Part shown: positions 36,326-49,289 of the stretch, piece by piece
Layout of the letters: each line of letters starts with the position of its first letter
Numbering within the stretch: the first letter of the stretch is position 1
Source: Octopus sinensis
Taxonomy: Eukaryota
Length of the DNA stretch: 64,000 nt
Assembly: GCF_006345805.1 (NCBI RefSeq)
Contig: NC_043009.1
Coordinates: 71,548,001 to 71,612,000 of the forward strand
Direction: 5' to 3'
The notes under the pieces: generated by a model
What the model was told of the DNA's origin: nothing
The model's input: only the letters and a program-made list of their open reading frames with translations
Database searches by the model: none
Translations under genes and position numbers: made by a program

Positions 36326-37302
36326 TGTGTGTGTGTGTGTGCACATTTAGTAGCATCTACATGTACACACACACACACACACACAAGCACATTAAACACC
36401 TACATACCTGCATCTGAATACTTACATACACACATATATTAAGGCACAGTCCTATATATATATATATATACACACCCATTTCAATACCCATAAACAACAG
36501 GTTCTACCAAACTGAAGTCTAATTCCTACTTCCAGGAAATGAGAAAAATATTGCCTTCCTGTTGACTCAATCAGTGGTGTTTATGATAATGGTGGCACTA
36601 GTGGGAGGGTGGGGAGGGGTGAGAAAGGGTGGTGGTGGCAGTAGTGGTGGGGAGTTGATAGTGGTCGTTGCTGTTGTAGTGGTAATATTGGTGGAAGTGA
36701 TAGTGATGGTGGTGGTGGTGGTGGTGGTAGTGCTTTGGTTGAACCCTTTTTTACCTTTTGGCCACAGGTCAGCTGACCATTCCTTTTGTATATTAAGCTT
36801 TCCATTATACAGTTTTCTTTTTTTTTTTTCATTCCAAGAGTATGCGTTTGGAGGGATCCTGGTTCTTATTTCTAGCAGTTCTCTCTCTCTCTCTCTCTCT
36901 CTCTCTTTGATATTCAAACAGCTGACCACCCCTGTCAATGATAAATACTTTCTCCTTGCGTTGATGGGAATGTTCCAGCAGTAATCTTTGTGTTGTTGTT
37001 TGTGTAGAGATCCGATGATGGAGTGGGATGGGTCCTTCTATTTATTCCCGGACAGACTCTGTCCAGGATGGACTTAAAGGTATGTATGGATGGACGTGGA
37101 TGGATGCATGCATGCATATATGGACAGGTGGATGTATGGATGGACGGATGTGTGGATGGATGGACGTGGATGGATGGATGGATGAACGTATGTGTGAATG
37201 GATGGATGTATGGATAGATGGATATGTGGATGTATAATACAGGCCCCTACGACTACTAACACTTTATAGATCTCAGGTGAGATCAATGATGAAGTATTAC
37301 TC

Positions 37303-37356
<54 letters not shown>

Positions 37357-37711
37357 TGGGGAGGTAGAAGACAGTTGTTTAAGGTGCCATGTAATAGGAT
37401 TGAACCTGAAACTACATGGTTTAGAAGGGAACATTGTTTTTTTATGAGGAAGAAGGAAGAGACAAAGAGGAAGAAGTTTAATGCCTGGCAAATGATAAGG
37501 CAGAGAGCGGGGGGAGGGGGAAGAGAGAGAGAGAGAGAGAGAGAGAAAGGCAGACAGACAATGATGATGATTATGAAGATGATGGTGATGACAATGGCGA
37601 TAACAATGACTATGACAATAATGATGGTGGTGGTGGCGGTTGTGGTGGTGGTGGTGGTGGTGGTGGTGGTGGTGGTGGCGGAGGCGGCGGCGGTGGTGGT
37701 GGGGGTGTGGA

Positions 37712-38191
37712 GGTGTGTCTGCTGAAGAGAAGGGATAGGGGAAAGAAGAAGGAGTGGAGGGAAGTCTGTAGATTAACAATTAATCCCACAAAGAAGCAAG
37801 AGAGAGGGGAAACCGGTAAAGAAAGAAAGAAAGAAAGATAGAGGGTGGGGAGGGAGATTTTAATAAGGATAGAGATGATAGCAGTGAGATGGTGGTGGTG
37901 GTGGTGGTGGTGGTGATGGTGATGATAGAGTGCAACCACATGTTCATTTCAAGGAAGGTTCATTTACATTTGGAGGGGGTGGAAGGGGGAGATAGGATTG
38001 GGAGGAAGTAGGGAGAGAGGAGAAGGAGGTGGAGTGGTATGTAAGGAGAGGAGGAGGAGGAGGAGGATAAGAAAAAAACACAGCTAAAGTAGGAGAGGAA
38101 TGAGTGGGAGGAAGACGAGGAGGAGGGAGGGAGGGAAGGTCACATCCACTCCTTCTTCTTTCCCCTATCCCTTCTCTTCAGCAGACACACC
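37712..38191. repeat. 47-bp perfect inverted repeat (37712-37758 / 38145-38191) in a purine-rich tract
   Basis: ggtgtgtctgctgaagagaagggataggggaaagaagaaggagtgga and its exact reverse complement. Confidence 0.9.
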
Positions 38192-38604
38192 ACCACCGCC
38201 ACCGCCACCACCACCATTCCGTTGAAGTGTTTTTCTCTTCGTTTTGGATTCTCAAAATAGAGAGAAGCGTATAAAGAACATCCGTACGGACACACATGTG
38301 TTGGTGTGCTTATGTCCCGATAACTTAGCGGTTCAGCAAAGAGACTGATAGAGTAGGTACCAGGCTTAAAGAAAAAATAAGTACCAGGTTCGATGCATTC
38401 AACTGAAAAAATTCTTCAAGGTGGTGCCCCAGTATGGCCACAGTCCAATAACTGCAACAAGACCAAGATATCAGATAAAAGATACATACATATGCATACA
38501 AATACACACACACACACATACACGTATTCATATTTGCATATATATATACATACATATATATATATATACACATGCTTCTAGCGACTTTCATACATACACA
38601 CACA

Positions 38605-38891
38605 CATATATGACTGGCTCCTGTGACAGTGGCACATAAAAGCACCATCTGAATGTGGTTGAATCCAGTGCCTCCTGATTGTCCCCCATGCCAGTGGCAC
38701 ATAAAAAACACCCACTACACTCTCGGAGTGGTTGGCATTAGGAAGGGCATCCAGTTGTAGAAACCTTGCCAAATCAGACTGGAGCTTGGTGCAGTCCCCA
38801 CTAGCTAGCCTGTCCTCAGTCAAACTGTCCAACCCATGCCAGCATGGAAAGTGGATGTTAGACGATGATGATGATAATGATGATGATGATG
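38605..38891 (+). mobile_element. RTE 3' UTR fragment with (GAT)n tail
   Basis: Family terminus ccaacccatgccagcatggaaagtggatgttagacgatg. Confidence 0.8.
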
Positions 38892-38924
38892 ATATACATA
38901 TGTTCATGCATATACATATATATA

Positions 38925-39340
38925 TTCTTTTATTCTTTTACTTGTTTCAGTCATTTCACTGTGGCCATGCTGGAACACTGTCTTTACTCAAGCAAATCAA
39001 CCCTCAGGACTTATTCTTTGTTAGCCGAGTACTTATTCTATCAGTCTCTTTTGCCAAATTGCTAAGTTATGGGGACATAAACACACAAGCATCAATTGTC
39101 AAGCGATGGCAGTGGGGGACAAACACAGACACACAAATACATACATACAATCATACATACATACATATATATATAAATACAACAGGCTTCTTTCAGTTTC
39201 CATCTAACAATTCCACTCACAAGGCTTTTATTGGCCCAAGGCTATAGTAGAAGACACTTGCCCAAGGTGCCACACAATGGGACTGAACCTGGAAGCATGT
39301 GGTTGGGAAGCAAGCTTCTTACCACACAGCCACTCCTGCA
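38925..39340 (-). mobile_element. Full SINE (head, microsatellite, tail)
   Basis: Same architecture as 5897-6305. Confidence 0.75.
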
Positions 39341-39367
39341 CCTATATATATATATATATATATAAAT

Positions 39368-39614
39368 ATGGCACGTAAAAAGCACCAACTGATCGTGGCC
39401 ACTACCAGCCTCCCCTGTCACCTGTGCCGGTGGCACATAAATAGCACCCACTACACTCATGGAGTGGTTGGTGTTAGGAAGGGCATCCAGCTGTAGAAAC
39501 ACTGCCAGATCAGACTGGAGCCTGGTGCAGCCTCCTGGCTTCCCAGACCCCGGTCGAACCATCCAACCCATACTAGCATGGAGAACAGACGTTAAACGAT
39601 GATGATGATGATGA
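39368..39614 (+). mobile_element. RTE 3' UTR fragment flanked by (TA)n
   Basis: ggcacgtaaaaagcacc...gttaaacgatgatg. Confidence 0.8.
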
Positions 39615-40165
39615 TATATATATATATATATATACATACATGTAGATATACACCCATATATATATATATACATGCATACACATGTATGTGTGTGTGTGTG
39701 TGGTGTGTGTGTGTGTGTGTGTTGGCATTGGGCTGTCAGTAGTCAAAAGTGAAGCAGAAATATTATTTAACTTGAAAACAAATGAAAGTTGGTGACAGCA
39801 AAGGCACCTGGCCGTAGACAATATTCTGCAATGAATTTTGTGGTATCTTTAGAAGAATCTCATAAAATGGACATTAAAACGATGACAATAGTGGCAACAA
39901 CAATAATGTTGATGACAATGGCGATGACACGATGACAATATAAGCAGTAACATCCATACAAGATGTTACATATATAAATGCACACACTCACACATATACA
40001 GTCAGATATGCACACACAAACCTTTACATATGTATAATATATACAGGCAGTCATGTACTCATACATACCAGACACACACACACACACACACGCATAGTAA
40101 TATTGACACATATACTGTCAATGACACACACAGTGTGAAAAATACAAAACTACATGTGCTCATTC

Positions 40166-40203
<38 letters not shown>

Positions 40204-40281
40204 CTGTATACACTGATAAACTTCTTTTATATCTGTGTGTGTGTGTGTGTGTGAATATATGAATGTATATATATGTGGGTG

Positions 40282-40316
<35 letters not shown>

Positions 40317-40993
40317 ACAGAAACAGTCACACACTCATATATGGACAGACATATATACGTATAGAGCCATGCAGTGTATACAAACTGACACACAGTTATA
40401 CACAGTGACACATACACAGACACCCCCATATACAAATATAGTCTGTCTGTCTGTCTCTCTCTCATACACATGAATTGTGTTTAAACTTCACTTCTCAAGT
40501 TTCTCTGCTTCTATTATATACTTCTCACCCTTCCCGCCCCCCTCAATATAGACCCCCCCCCTCTTGGCAGTGCATTACACAACCCCCGTGCCCAAGTCTC
40601 AAAACACTCCCCCACCCCCCACACCCGCACGCACATGTTTATGTAGGCCGTAGACGCAAGTGCAACATACTGCAACACATGCAGAGAGAGAGAGAGGTGC
40701 ACACACACACACACACAAACCATTTGTGCAGAATGCTTGTGCATGTGTCTGGTTTGTGTCTGAATGTGTGTATAACTGTATATGTGTGTGCATGTGTGTG
40801 TGTGTGTATGTGTATATATATATATATATAATATATATATATATATATACATACATACATACATGTATATGTATATATATATATATATATATATACATAC
40901 ATATATATATATATATACATACATATATATATATAGGCAGGTAAAGTGATATATAGATAGATACATAGAGAGATAGATAGATAGATAGATAGA

Positions 40994-41092
40994 ATTGGCT
41001 GTGTGGTAGGAAGTTTATTGATCAACCAGGTGGTTCCAGGTTCAATCCCAGTTCATAACACCTTGGGCAAGTGTCTTCTCCTACAGTATTGC
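40994..41092 (+). mobile_element. SINE head
   Basis: A-box TGGCTGTGTGG, B-box GGTTCAATCCC, then caccttgggcaagtgtcttct. Confidence 0.65.
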
Positions 41093-43039
41093 CCCACTGT
41101 GAGTGGAATAGAAAACTTTGAAAATGGTTATGCTTCATTGTCCCAGACACATGAAACCCCAATCAACACAACAAATGGTTCCTGCCAGTTTGTGGTTCCA
41201 AAGGTTCAAGTTTTGATTTATTCCGGAAAGATGAAAGAAAAGATAATCGGGAGCCAAAAATATCCACACATCAAATTTTACAATGATAACTGCTGGCATG
41301 GCACGAGTGCCTCTCTTTAAATATTTGAAGCCATTAAACAAACTGCAAGCCAATGCAGGACGGCAGAAAATGTCAGACATTCATCTATTCATTAGATGTG
41401 ATATTTTCTTGGATGCACATAGAAACGTTTTGAAATATCAGGCAATCTTGCAGAGTGTGGGAAACTCATTGTGTTAGAAATAAAACTTGTTAAGCCAGTT
41501 GGTAGTTGGAATTACCTCAATAAATAGCAATGGGAATGTCTACAGCAATTCAATAATTCAGATCTTTTGTTTTAAAGTGCAAAGCACTGAAACAGAATGT
41601 TAAACTTTGCAGCAAGACACACACTGCACCAACTGGGACCATTGGTTGAAAGACTGACATGTTCTATGCAGGACAATCTTTATGAGCTAACCCATACGCA
41701 GCTGCTCAGACTGAAAAACATTGCAGTGAAGAACTCTTAAATCATGATGCATTATGTAAAAAATGGCAAATTACATTGGCAAAATTATTCAAAACAAAAA
41801 AAAAGAAAATTGATAACTAAAATAGGATTGGTTGTAGATTTGCTGAATTGGAGTTGATTTGGGGCTAAATAATACAACAATCCCTTGGTCTAGTTGCTTG
41901 GCTCCTTTCAACCCTAATTGAGCAGATGTACGACCAACAACATTATAACAATGACCATCCCATCTTAAATTTAGGCATAGTGCACCTAGGACTACATTAC
42001 CTAATTTATCTTTTGTTTTTAATCTAGTAGTGTATGATTTGAGGGAGATTTAGCTGCTATCTGTAGCAGATCAAATAACCATAAAAATCACTTGCTAAGC
42101 CTCTTATGAGAAGGGTGGTCCCGTGAAACCCAGGTACGACTCATTGACCCATTGACCCATTGGGCCACACAGTTTCCATTTTCCTGGTTCCACTCACAAG
42201 GTTCAGGTGAGCCTGATTTTACAGCAGAATACACTTCTTCCAGATGACAAGCACTGGAATTGAAACCAGGACCACATCATTGTGAAGAGAACAACTCAGT
42301 GATGTTGGTGCCCATACTGCAGCACAACTCACATCGTCATCTCACAATACTATATTGCAATTAACAATTCAGCTAATGATACCTTAGGTGATGTAGTTTC
42401 TAACATTAAGGTGGGATGGTTACGGTTGGATTGCTTCTGATCATAGGTCTGCTTGTCCAACGTTGACCTCGGGTAAAACAATAACATTGCAACTCAAATG
42501 GTTGATGTCTTAAAAAACCTTCTTCACAATATTGAGACAAACTCCATGTAAGAGAAACGGCTGGGAGAGAGAGAGGGAGGGGGAGAAAGACAGAGAGAGG
42601 AACAGAGAAAGAGAGAGAACTAGACAGACAGAGAGAGAGAGAGAGGGGGGGGGTAGGAGATAACTGACAGATATATGAATAAACTTATAGACAGACAGAG
42701 AGACTGGATAGGTAAACAGATTGTGTGTGTGAGTGGCTATTTCTGCATGTGTGTGTGTGTGCGTGTGTGTGTGTGTGTGCGTGTGTGTGTTTATATTTAT
42801 GTATGTTAATATATTTATATATAGATGTGTACATACATACGTCTGTTCCACTGAGGAGGGAGCTGGTTTCCAAGGGAGAGACAAGGCTCCATCTTTGGGA
42901 TGGAGTTAACACAGACAACAAATACAGACATAGAAGTATGTATGTATTCATGCATGTATGCATATATATATACATACATACATTCATACACATACATATA
43001 TGTACGCGTGTATGCATGTATGTATGTATGCATATATAT

Positions 43040-43081
<42 letters not shown>

Positions 43082-43521
43082 GTATGTATGTATATACAAA
43101 GACATATATCTATATTAGCATAGAAAATGGATGTTAAACGATGATGATGATGATATATATATATAATATACATATATATATTATATATATATGTATGTGT
43201 AAATATACACACATATATAGAGAGTGAAACAGGTAGGTAGATAGATATACCATGTGCATGTGCGTAAACATACATGTATGTATGTATACACACACACACA
43301 TATTTATGTATGTATGCACATATATATATATATGTATATAATGGTACACGCAAGCAGAGACAGATGTGTGTTTCAATGTGCAGCATTATTTTTAGTAACC
43401 ATGGCATCAAATTCCTTCTGTGGTTTCAGGATGTTACTAAATATAGATACAAACACAACAGATTCTGACATTTATGTCCATTGAAGGTCATTGGAACCAT
43501 GCGGATTAATATCCACAGATA

Positions 43522-43556
<35 letters not shown>

Positions 43557-44123
43557 ACAGTCACACACAAATGTTCAGATGTGACAATGTTTAACAAGTT
43601 TGATTCAAAGTAACGTAGTTCCAGATTTTGTCCTACAGCATGGAATCTTGAGCAAGTCTCTTCTATAACCTCTGGTTGACTCACATCATGAAGTGGAATT
43701 TAGTGACTAGAAACTGTACTGAAGCCCATTGTACTGCATGTTCAGTCTTGTTTTAATTCAGTCCATTCCTTCAATGGTCGTCGTAGAAAAAGCTTAGCCA
43801 AGAGAATATTAATTGTTTTAATTATTTTTACCTTAAATTTCTGAGGTGTTCTTTGTCAGGTAAGTGACCTGAGACCATTTGTTGAAGCTAACACAATTAC
43901 AGCATTAACGACATATAATTAGCCATTCAAGAACATGCAGGAACTGTTAAATTCTTCACTTAAACATTTATCCCTTGGTGTTCAAATCTTCATTGCATAA
44001 GAACTGCAGCCAAAACATTCCCACGATTCCATTGTATTCAGAACTAAGAATTATTTCTGACAATTTGAATATATGTCAAAAAAAAAGAAAAGGATAACAC
44101 ATTTGTCAACAAAGACAAATATT

Positions 44124-44252
<129 letters not shown>

Positions 44253-44589
44253 TTTATCTTATATCCAAGAATTTATTTTCTTCTTCTTTACTTCTCTTTT
44301 TCCTTTATGGTGATGGCGTTGGTGACTCTGAAGACCAATTGAAGAGAACGGATGGCATTGGCAGAAATGGTAATGTTGATGGAGGATGAGGTTGGTTTTG
44401 TTGAACCTTTCTCTCCTCTTCTTTGATTTCGTCCTTTCCTCTTCTGGTGATCTCAGAGATTTTAGTTCCTATGTCACAGACGAATGAATAAGAAACATAT
44501 AACAGACATTGATATGTTCACCTCCTTTGTCCGGCCATCAATTTCTACAAAATCTATCAGGATGTTCCTTCTTGGCAGCTAAATTATGG

Positions 44590-45460
44590 AGTAAGATGCT
44601 ATCAGCCTTATATTCTGTCTCCTTCTTCATCGGGTTGCAATGGAGATGAGTCTCATAATGCAGGGACAGGAATCTCTGTACCCCATTAGTTTTGGTAAAT
44701 CCATGATTCCATGTTGTGTGTTGCTGCCAATTGTCAAGTGTTCTTCATCTTCTTCTAGGAGCTGGGAACCACTAAAATATAACATCTGATATAGCCTGGT
44801 GTTCAGCAAGATTGCGTTGAGGAATAAAAGTAGAGATGTGAAGGTGAATGGCTCAGTGGTTAGAGCATCGGACTTGCAATCATAAAGTAGTGAGTTCAAT
44901 TCCTGGACCAGGCTGTGTGTTATGTTCTGGAGCAAGACATTTTATTTCCCGTTGCTCCAGTTCACTCAGCTGTAGAAATGAGGGGAGCTTTCTAGTTGCT
45001 ATCCCATGGTCATTCATGACCCAAGGAGGTTCCCCCTTTAATGATGTAGATAAGTAGATTACATCCATAAATCTTTACTTGGGTTGTCACATCATGAAAT
45101 GAATTCGAACCCTCTTTTTCATGATTGAGTATTCTGCTCCAGACAGAAGAATTCTCTCTCCATAGATCCTGAAGAGGGTAACCCTTATTTGACTTTGATA
45201 TATTTGATTGCCAGGTGTTTAGAGGCATTCTACCAACACTCTGAGTGAGTTCCCTGCATTTAAGGAAGTCCTTCTTACTGTTAACAATATTGGACCCAAA
45301 ATATTTCAAGCCACAGACCTTCTTGAGCTGTATGCCATTGTCGGAACGAATTGGTTGGATCTGGTTAACTTTTACTTGCAATGAAAAGGTAACAGAGAGG
45401 AATGAAAGAAAGCAGCTCAGTAACATCAATCGAAGTCCATAAGGAATATCGGAAACAACC
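44590..45460 (-). pseudogene. Second RTE family (no PHD), degenerate 3' ORF, interrupted by a SINE at 44845-44990
   Basis: LKKVCGLKYFGS.I..SKKDF, WQSNISK and HQAISDVIF*WFPAPRRR motifs. Confidence 0.6.
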
Positions 45461-45784
45461 TCAATTCAGCTCAAGTCAGACTTAATGAAGCATTTAACGA
45501 AGTACCAGAAACACACATTCGGTCCAAAACTGAAGAACTCAATGAGAAACAGTGCTATAGTTAGAAGGGGGAAGAAGGAGTGGGTGATACATGACTGAAT
45601 TGCTGAGGAAGCTCGACATGAGCAGATCGGATGTGGAGGCATAGACATTGGTAAGGTTTTAGGACCTCCTTTTCACTCAGATGGACAGGGATTCTTGAGC
45701 ACAGCAAAGCACCATTCATGTTGATCCTTTGTCATCTTCTCCATGAGGTTCAACAACCTGAGTTGGACGCCATTATTCATATCA

Positions 45785-46940
45785 TCATCATTGTTTAACA
45801 TCCATATTCCATGCTGGTGTGGGTTGGGCGCTTTGACTGAGGTTTGGCAAGCCAGAAGGCTGCACCAGGCTCCAATCTGACCTGGTAAGATTTCTACAAC
45901 TGGATGCCCTTCCTAATGCCAACCATTCAGAGAGTGAAGTGGGTGCTTATTACATGCCACCAGCACGGGTGCCAATCAGGAGGCACGGGTGCCAATCAGG
46001 TGGCACTGGCCACAACTAAGATTCCAATTTCACTTGGCTCAACAGGTCTTCTCAAGCACATCATATTGCTTGACAATTCAAGGATACTTTTAAATGGAGC
46101 AGTTATGCAACACTGGTATCAGCCATGGCTGTGATCTTATTTTACTTGCCTGGTCTTCTCAGTCACAGCATATCTCCAAAGGTCTCTGTCTCTTGCCATT
46201 GCCTCTATGAGGCTCAATGTTTGAAGGTCATGCTTTACCACCTCACACCAAGTCTTCCTGGATCTACCTCTTCCACAGGTTCCTTCCACTATTAGGGTGT
46301 AGCACTTCTTCACATAGCTGTCCTCACCTATACGCAACACTTGACCATACCAGTGCAGTCATCTCTCTTGCACACCATATCTGATGCTTCTCATGTCCAA
46401 CAATTCTCTCAGGAGGCTTACACACTATCAAACCTGCTCACTGGCATTACACATCCAGTGAAGCATACTGGCTTCATTTCTTTCAAGCCTATGCCTGTCC
46501 TTGGCAGTCACAGCCCATGTTTCACTGCTGTGCAGCATGGCTGTTCACACACATGCATCATACAGTCTACCTTTCACTCTGAGCGAGAGGCCTTTTGCTG
46601 CCAGTGGAGGTAGGAGCTTTCTGAACTTTGCCCAGGCTATTCTTATTCTAGCAGTTACACTCTCAGAGCATCCACCCCCAATACAGACTTGGTCTCCTAG
46701 GTAGTAGAAGCTATCAACTACTTCTAATTTCTCCCACTGGTATGTGATGGAATCTGTTTTCTGTATATCTTTGGTGTTTATTGCCCCAGTGTATCTGCCA
46801 CACACAAAAACTACCTTCCCAGTTAGCTTTCCTTTGATATTGCTTCACCTCTTGTGTCCATAGCTTACACCAGGTACAGCTTACAGAGTTTCTACCTACG
46901 CCTTTTCTACAGATCCAGCAGGGTCATCTACCTGAAGGGG
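45785..46940 (-). mobile_element. RTE LINE (PHD family) fossil
   Basis: Degenerate PHD at 46795-46930; FYYLGDQV, RIRIAWAKFRKLLP and GTCGRGRSRKTW motifs; UTR and terminus at about 45790. Confidence 0.85.
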
Positions 46941-47087
46941 TCTCTGCCTCTCTTGGGGAGACTCTTTTTCTCTGATGCATTCTCCATATTCCTTAACTTT
47001 TTATAGTAGCACTTCTGCGCCTCCCCCTTTCCAGAATTACTAAATGCAAAACCATAATCCCCACCATACACGGTTCTTCACACTTAC

Positions 47088-47308
47088 AAAGTCTCAATTC
47101 TCTCTGATACATAACTTTGCAATTCAGAACATGCCATGCCTCTGGTCCCTGTGCCTCTGGCCCCCATGCCTCTGGCCCCCGTGCCTCTGGTCCCCGTGCC
47201 TCTGGTCCCCATGCCTCTGGCCCCCATGCCTCTGGCCTCCATGCCTCTGGTCCCCATGCCTCTGTTCCTAGTTGCTTCAGCTCCTTTGGCTCTGTCCACT
47301 TCATTTTT
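47088..47308 (-). CDS. Candidate coding exon with RG-rich pentapeptide repeats
   Basis: catag|AAA acceptor (weak pyrimidine tract), 221-nt open frame KNEVDRAKG...RGMEARGMGARG...ELQSYVSERIET, perfect GTAAGT donor. Confidence 0.25.
47135..47264. repeat. 15-bp minisatellite (ATGCCTCTGGTCCCC), about 8.5 copies
   Basis: Direct reading; encodes RG(M/T)(G/E)(T/A) pentapeptides on the minus strand. Confidence 0.9.
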
Positions 47309-49289
47309 CTATGTAGCCCTCAATCTGGTCAGTGGCAGGAACTTGGCAAGTAGCCAACTTAGTCTGTGGCCCTTAATAAGTTGCCCCATTGAAACTTCCA
47401 GTTCTCCTCCATGCTACAAATCTCTCTCTCTCTCTCTCTCCCCTCCTCCTCTTCTTCTTTCTCCCTTTTATCAGATGCTTCAAAAAGTATTTCTCTAAAT
47501 TTCTGACTGTTTCATAGATCTTTAAGCTTCTGTATCTTCCTTTACCAAATTGGTTTTGCCTTTCTGAGTCCTTTTAGCCCCAAGTTTAAAACCACAAACC
47601 ACTGACCTATGTTCGGATGGACATTCTTACTGACCAAAGAAATTTGCTTCTTTTATCATCAACCATCTTATTCTTTGGAGAGAATGTGTGTGCGTGTATG
47701 TGTGTGTATGTGTGTGTGTACATGTGTTTATAGGTGCCTGAGTACACGCACACACACACAGACAAGCACACACACACATACACACATATACATACATACA
47801 TTGGCACATATATACACATATACATATATAAAAATTTACAGACATAGATATATACAAAGATAAATAGACAGATAGATCCGTATGCACAGACATGTTTTTT
47901 ACATGATGTGTAAACATAGTCATACCTCTGTGTGTTAAGAAAATCACCAAAAATGTTTTGCAAAGAAAATAACATCTGTTATAGACCTTAAAATTTAAGG
48001 GAGCTGGCTGTGAGCCCTTTGCTTTCTATTTAAAAAGAATATAGATGCATATATACTTTACATACATACAAATATACATACATATATATATGTATATATG
48101 TATGTATGCATATCTATATGTGTGTGTATATGTATGTGTATGTTGGTGTGTGTGTGTGTGTGTGTGTGAGTGTGTGTGTGTAGGGAGTGCAAAGTGAGAA
48201 TGGAAGATTCTTGTGGGTTAAAGGCCATTTTGGGGGTATTTAGCATAACGTCAACAAACAAACTTGCTATCTTTGCCAACTCCTCACATACCCTGATTTG
48301 CAAACCTCATGAAAAGAGAAACCATTCTTGAAAAGTAGCCTTGACTTTAAGGACCTCCCTGCTTCAATTGTTTAAGTGTTTGACTTAGGAGACTTCAACA
48401 TTTCATGTTTGATGTCTGTGGAAATGCTTTGAAAGCCCAGAGGCAAATTGCTTTCCAGTGTGTCTGTTTGTCTTTAACAAGCTACAATGAAAGCAAAGAG
48501 AGATTCTGTATGTATTCTTTCGATCTGCTAGAAATAGCAACCACATATCCCACAAATCTCATCCTACTCTCTTAAAAAAAGAGAAGAATATATTCACAAA
48601 TGTTGTCCAAGATACATTCTTCCTGAAAGCAAGATAAATAGTGAAGGTCACTATGCCTTTCATCAAAGTCTGTTGAAAGAGAGCTGATACAAGACTAAGC
48701 AAAAAAAAAAAGGAATTTTCCTATTGAAGGGCGCCAGAACCATTGCTATCAATAAAGATACCACAAGAAAGCCTTTACCTTGTCTCGACCTGCTGCAAAT
48801 AGCAGACAAATCTCCCTCTAATCACCCATTGGGTAATATGTTGTAGTTATAAGAAAAAAAACCCAGCATAGTCATGGCTGGACTGTCTTTGATCACATCT
48901 CTGCTGCTCAGGTTTGACCCGGAGTTAAAAAACAACAACAACAGCAACAGCACTGTCCCCCTGCCCAACACTCATGAATAGCTTACCACACTTTCTCATC
49001 CTAAACAAACTCTGATAATCAAAGACAATTAAGAGATTCCTGGCCATTATTCCTGGACGTGAAATTTTCATTATTTGACCCACGTTCCAACTGTGACCAT
49101 TCCATTTACTATTCTGGTTTACTACACTCAGGGTTACTTGTTCTTGTATCCTCATTTATCTTAAAAATATTAATGCCAACATGGAAGAAAATTTAACTGC
49201 TATTTCTAGCAAGCTGAGTAACTGCATAGAGATACCTTTGAGGATTTGAGAAATATGACTAAGCACCGCATTTCAGAGTCTCTGAATAT

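Noticed and set aside
41090-41760. Coding-looking unique sequence
   Set aside because: Stops in all frames and no recognisable motif; possibly an old TE but not assignable.
48987-49159. Minus-strand segment with a good acceptor and a GTAAGC donor
   Set aside because: All three frames contain a stop near the start, unless ATG 49155 is an initiator; the peptide is unrecognised. At most a non-coding exon.
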